Assembly (NCBI GenBank): GCA_030390025.1
Contig: CM059432.1
Location: 1,984,001-2,048,000 of the forward strand
Length of the DNA: 64,000 nucleotides
Origin: Squalus acanthias
Lineage: Eukaryota
Reading direction: 5' to 3'
Below the pieces are notes generated by a model. That model was not told the origin of the DNA. It worked only from the letters and a program-made list of their open reading frames with translations, and did no database searches. Position numbers and translations under genes: made by a program. Position 1 is the first letter of the stretch. Every line of letters begins with the position of its first letter. This document shows positions 63,311-64,000 of the stretch, in pieces.

Positions 63311-63686
63311 AATGCAAAATAGTGTTCATAGAATGATACAGCTCAGAAGGAGGCCATTCGGCCCATCGAGCCTGTGCTGGCTCTTTGAACGAGCTCTCCA
63401 ATTAGTCCCACTCCCCCCCTGCTCTTTCCCCACAGCCCTGCACATTTCTCCCCTTCAAGTATTTATCCAATTCCCCTTTGAAAGTTACTATTGAATCTCA
63501 GTCAAACGGCCGTTTTTTCCCGTATTTTTATATCTAGTAAACAAAAGTGTTTGAAGAAAGTTTTACGAAACTACAATTTATTTAATACGGCTATGATTTT
63601 TCTCCCGGGTTTCTGCTCGCGCCAGTGTCCTGGAGATTAGTCTTCAATTCCTGGAGACTCCCGGGCAATCCTGGAGGGTTGGTAAC

Positions 63687-63842
63687 CAATGCTCCCTCTA
63701 GTTATTTTTTTTTCTTGTGCGCGGTCCCTGTAAATTTGCTGTGCGGCCGCCCGTGCGCCCGTGCGCGGTATCTGTTCCAGGTGAGCGGCCTGTGCGGGAC
63801 CTCGCGATGGATGTGTGACCACGTGCCTTTGGAGTAACATTG
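63687..63842 (+). mobile_element. Short hAT-like MITE nested in the terminus of another hAT-like element (~63600-63854)
   Basis: Ends CAATGCTCCCTCTA ... TGGAGTAACATTG; 8-bp TSD TTGGTAAC (63679-86) / TTGGTACC (63843-50); removing it restores GGGTTGGTAACCCTA. Confidence 0.6.
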
Positions 63843-64000
63843 TTGGTACCCCTACCAGTGAGAGAGAGTGATTGTCCGTGCGTGCATGGGATAGGGGGGG
63901 GGGGGCGGCGGGGGGGAAGAGAAGAAGAGTTAAATATTGTAGTATACTGTTAAGTACATCCATGTTTTAAGTCTTCAGAAGAATACACACCTCACCAAAC

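Overview
Eukaryotic, repeat-saturated non-coding DNA with one 500-N assembly gap. The repeat repertoire (several CR1 LINE families, L2 3' ends, tRNA-headed Deu-domain SINEs, an LF-SINE-like piece) points to a cartilaginous fish (shark); this is inference. I recognise no host protein-coding gene, rRNA, true tRNA gene or CRISPR array. The long ORFs are decayed LINE ORF1/ORF2 or translations of tandem repeats, so the window is probably intronic or intergenic. Contents: two long CR1 elements (32.3-36.2 kb +, 52.4-56.1 kb -), dozens of nested 3' fragments, an RTE-X relic, three DNA-transposon MITE families with readable TIRs/TSDs, and several minisatellites. Best finding: a small Penelope-type non-coding element carrying an intact minimal type I hammerhead ribozyme motif (CUGACGA-stem II-GAAA-GCUU). 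It occurs as a single copy at 2.6 kb and as a TSD-flanked, near-perfect 139-bp palindrome with one ribozyme per strand at 30.0 kb, plus truncated and decayed relatives. Also notable: an apparent SINE subfamily with an internal 33-bp VNTR, a SINE fold-back, a ~93% identical inverted duplication of otherwise unique sequence 10 kb apart, and a TALE/NF-Y motif cluster. Family names come from my recognition of motifs, not database searches. Boundaries of decayed fragments are approximate (about +/-10-20 bp).
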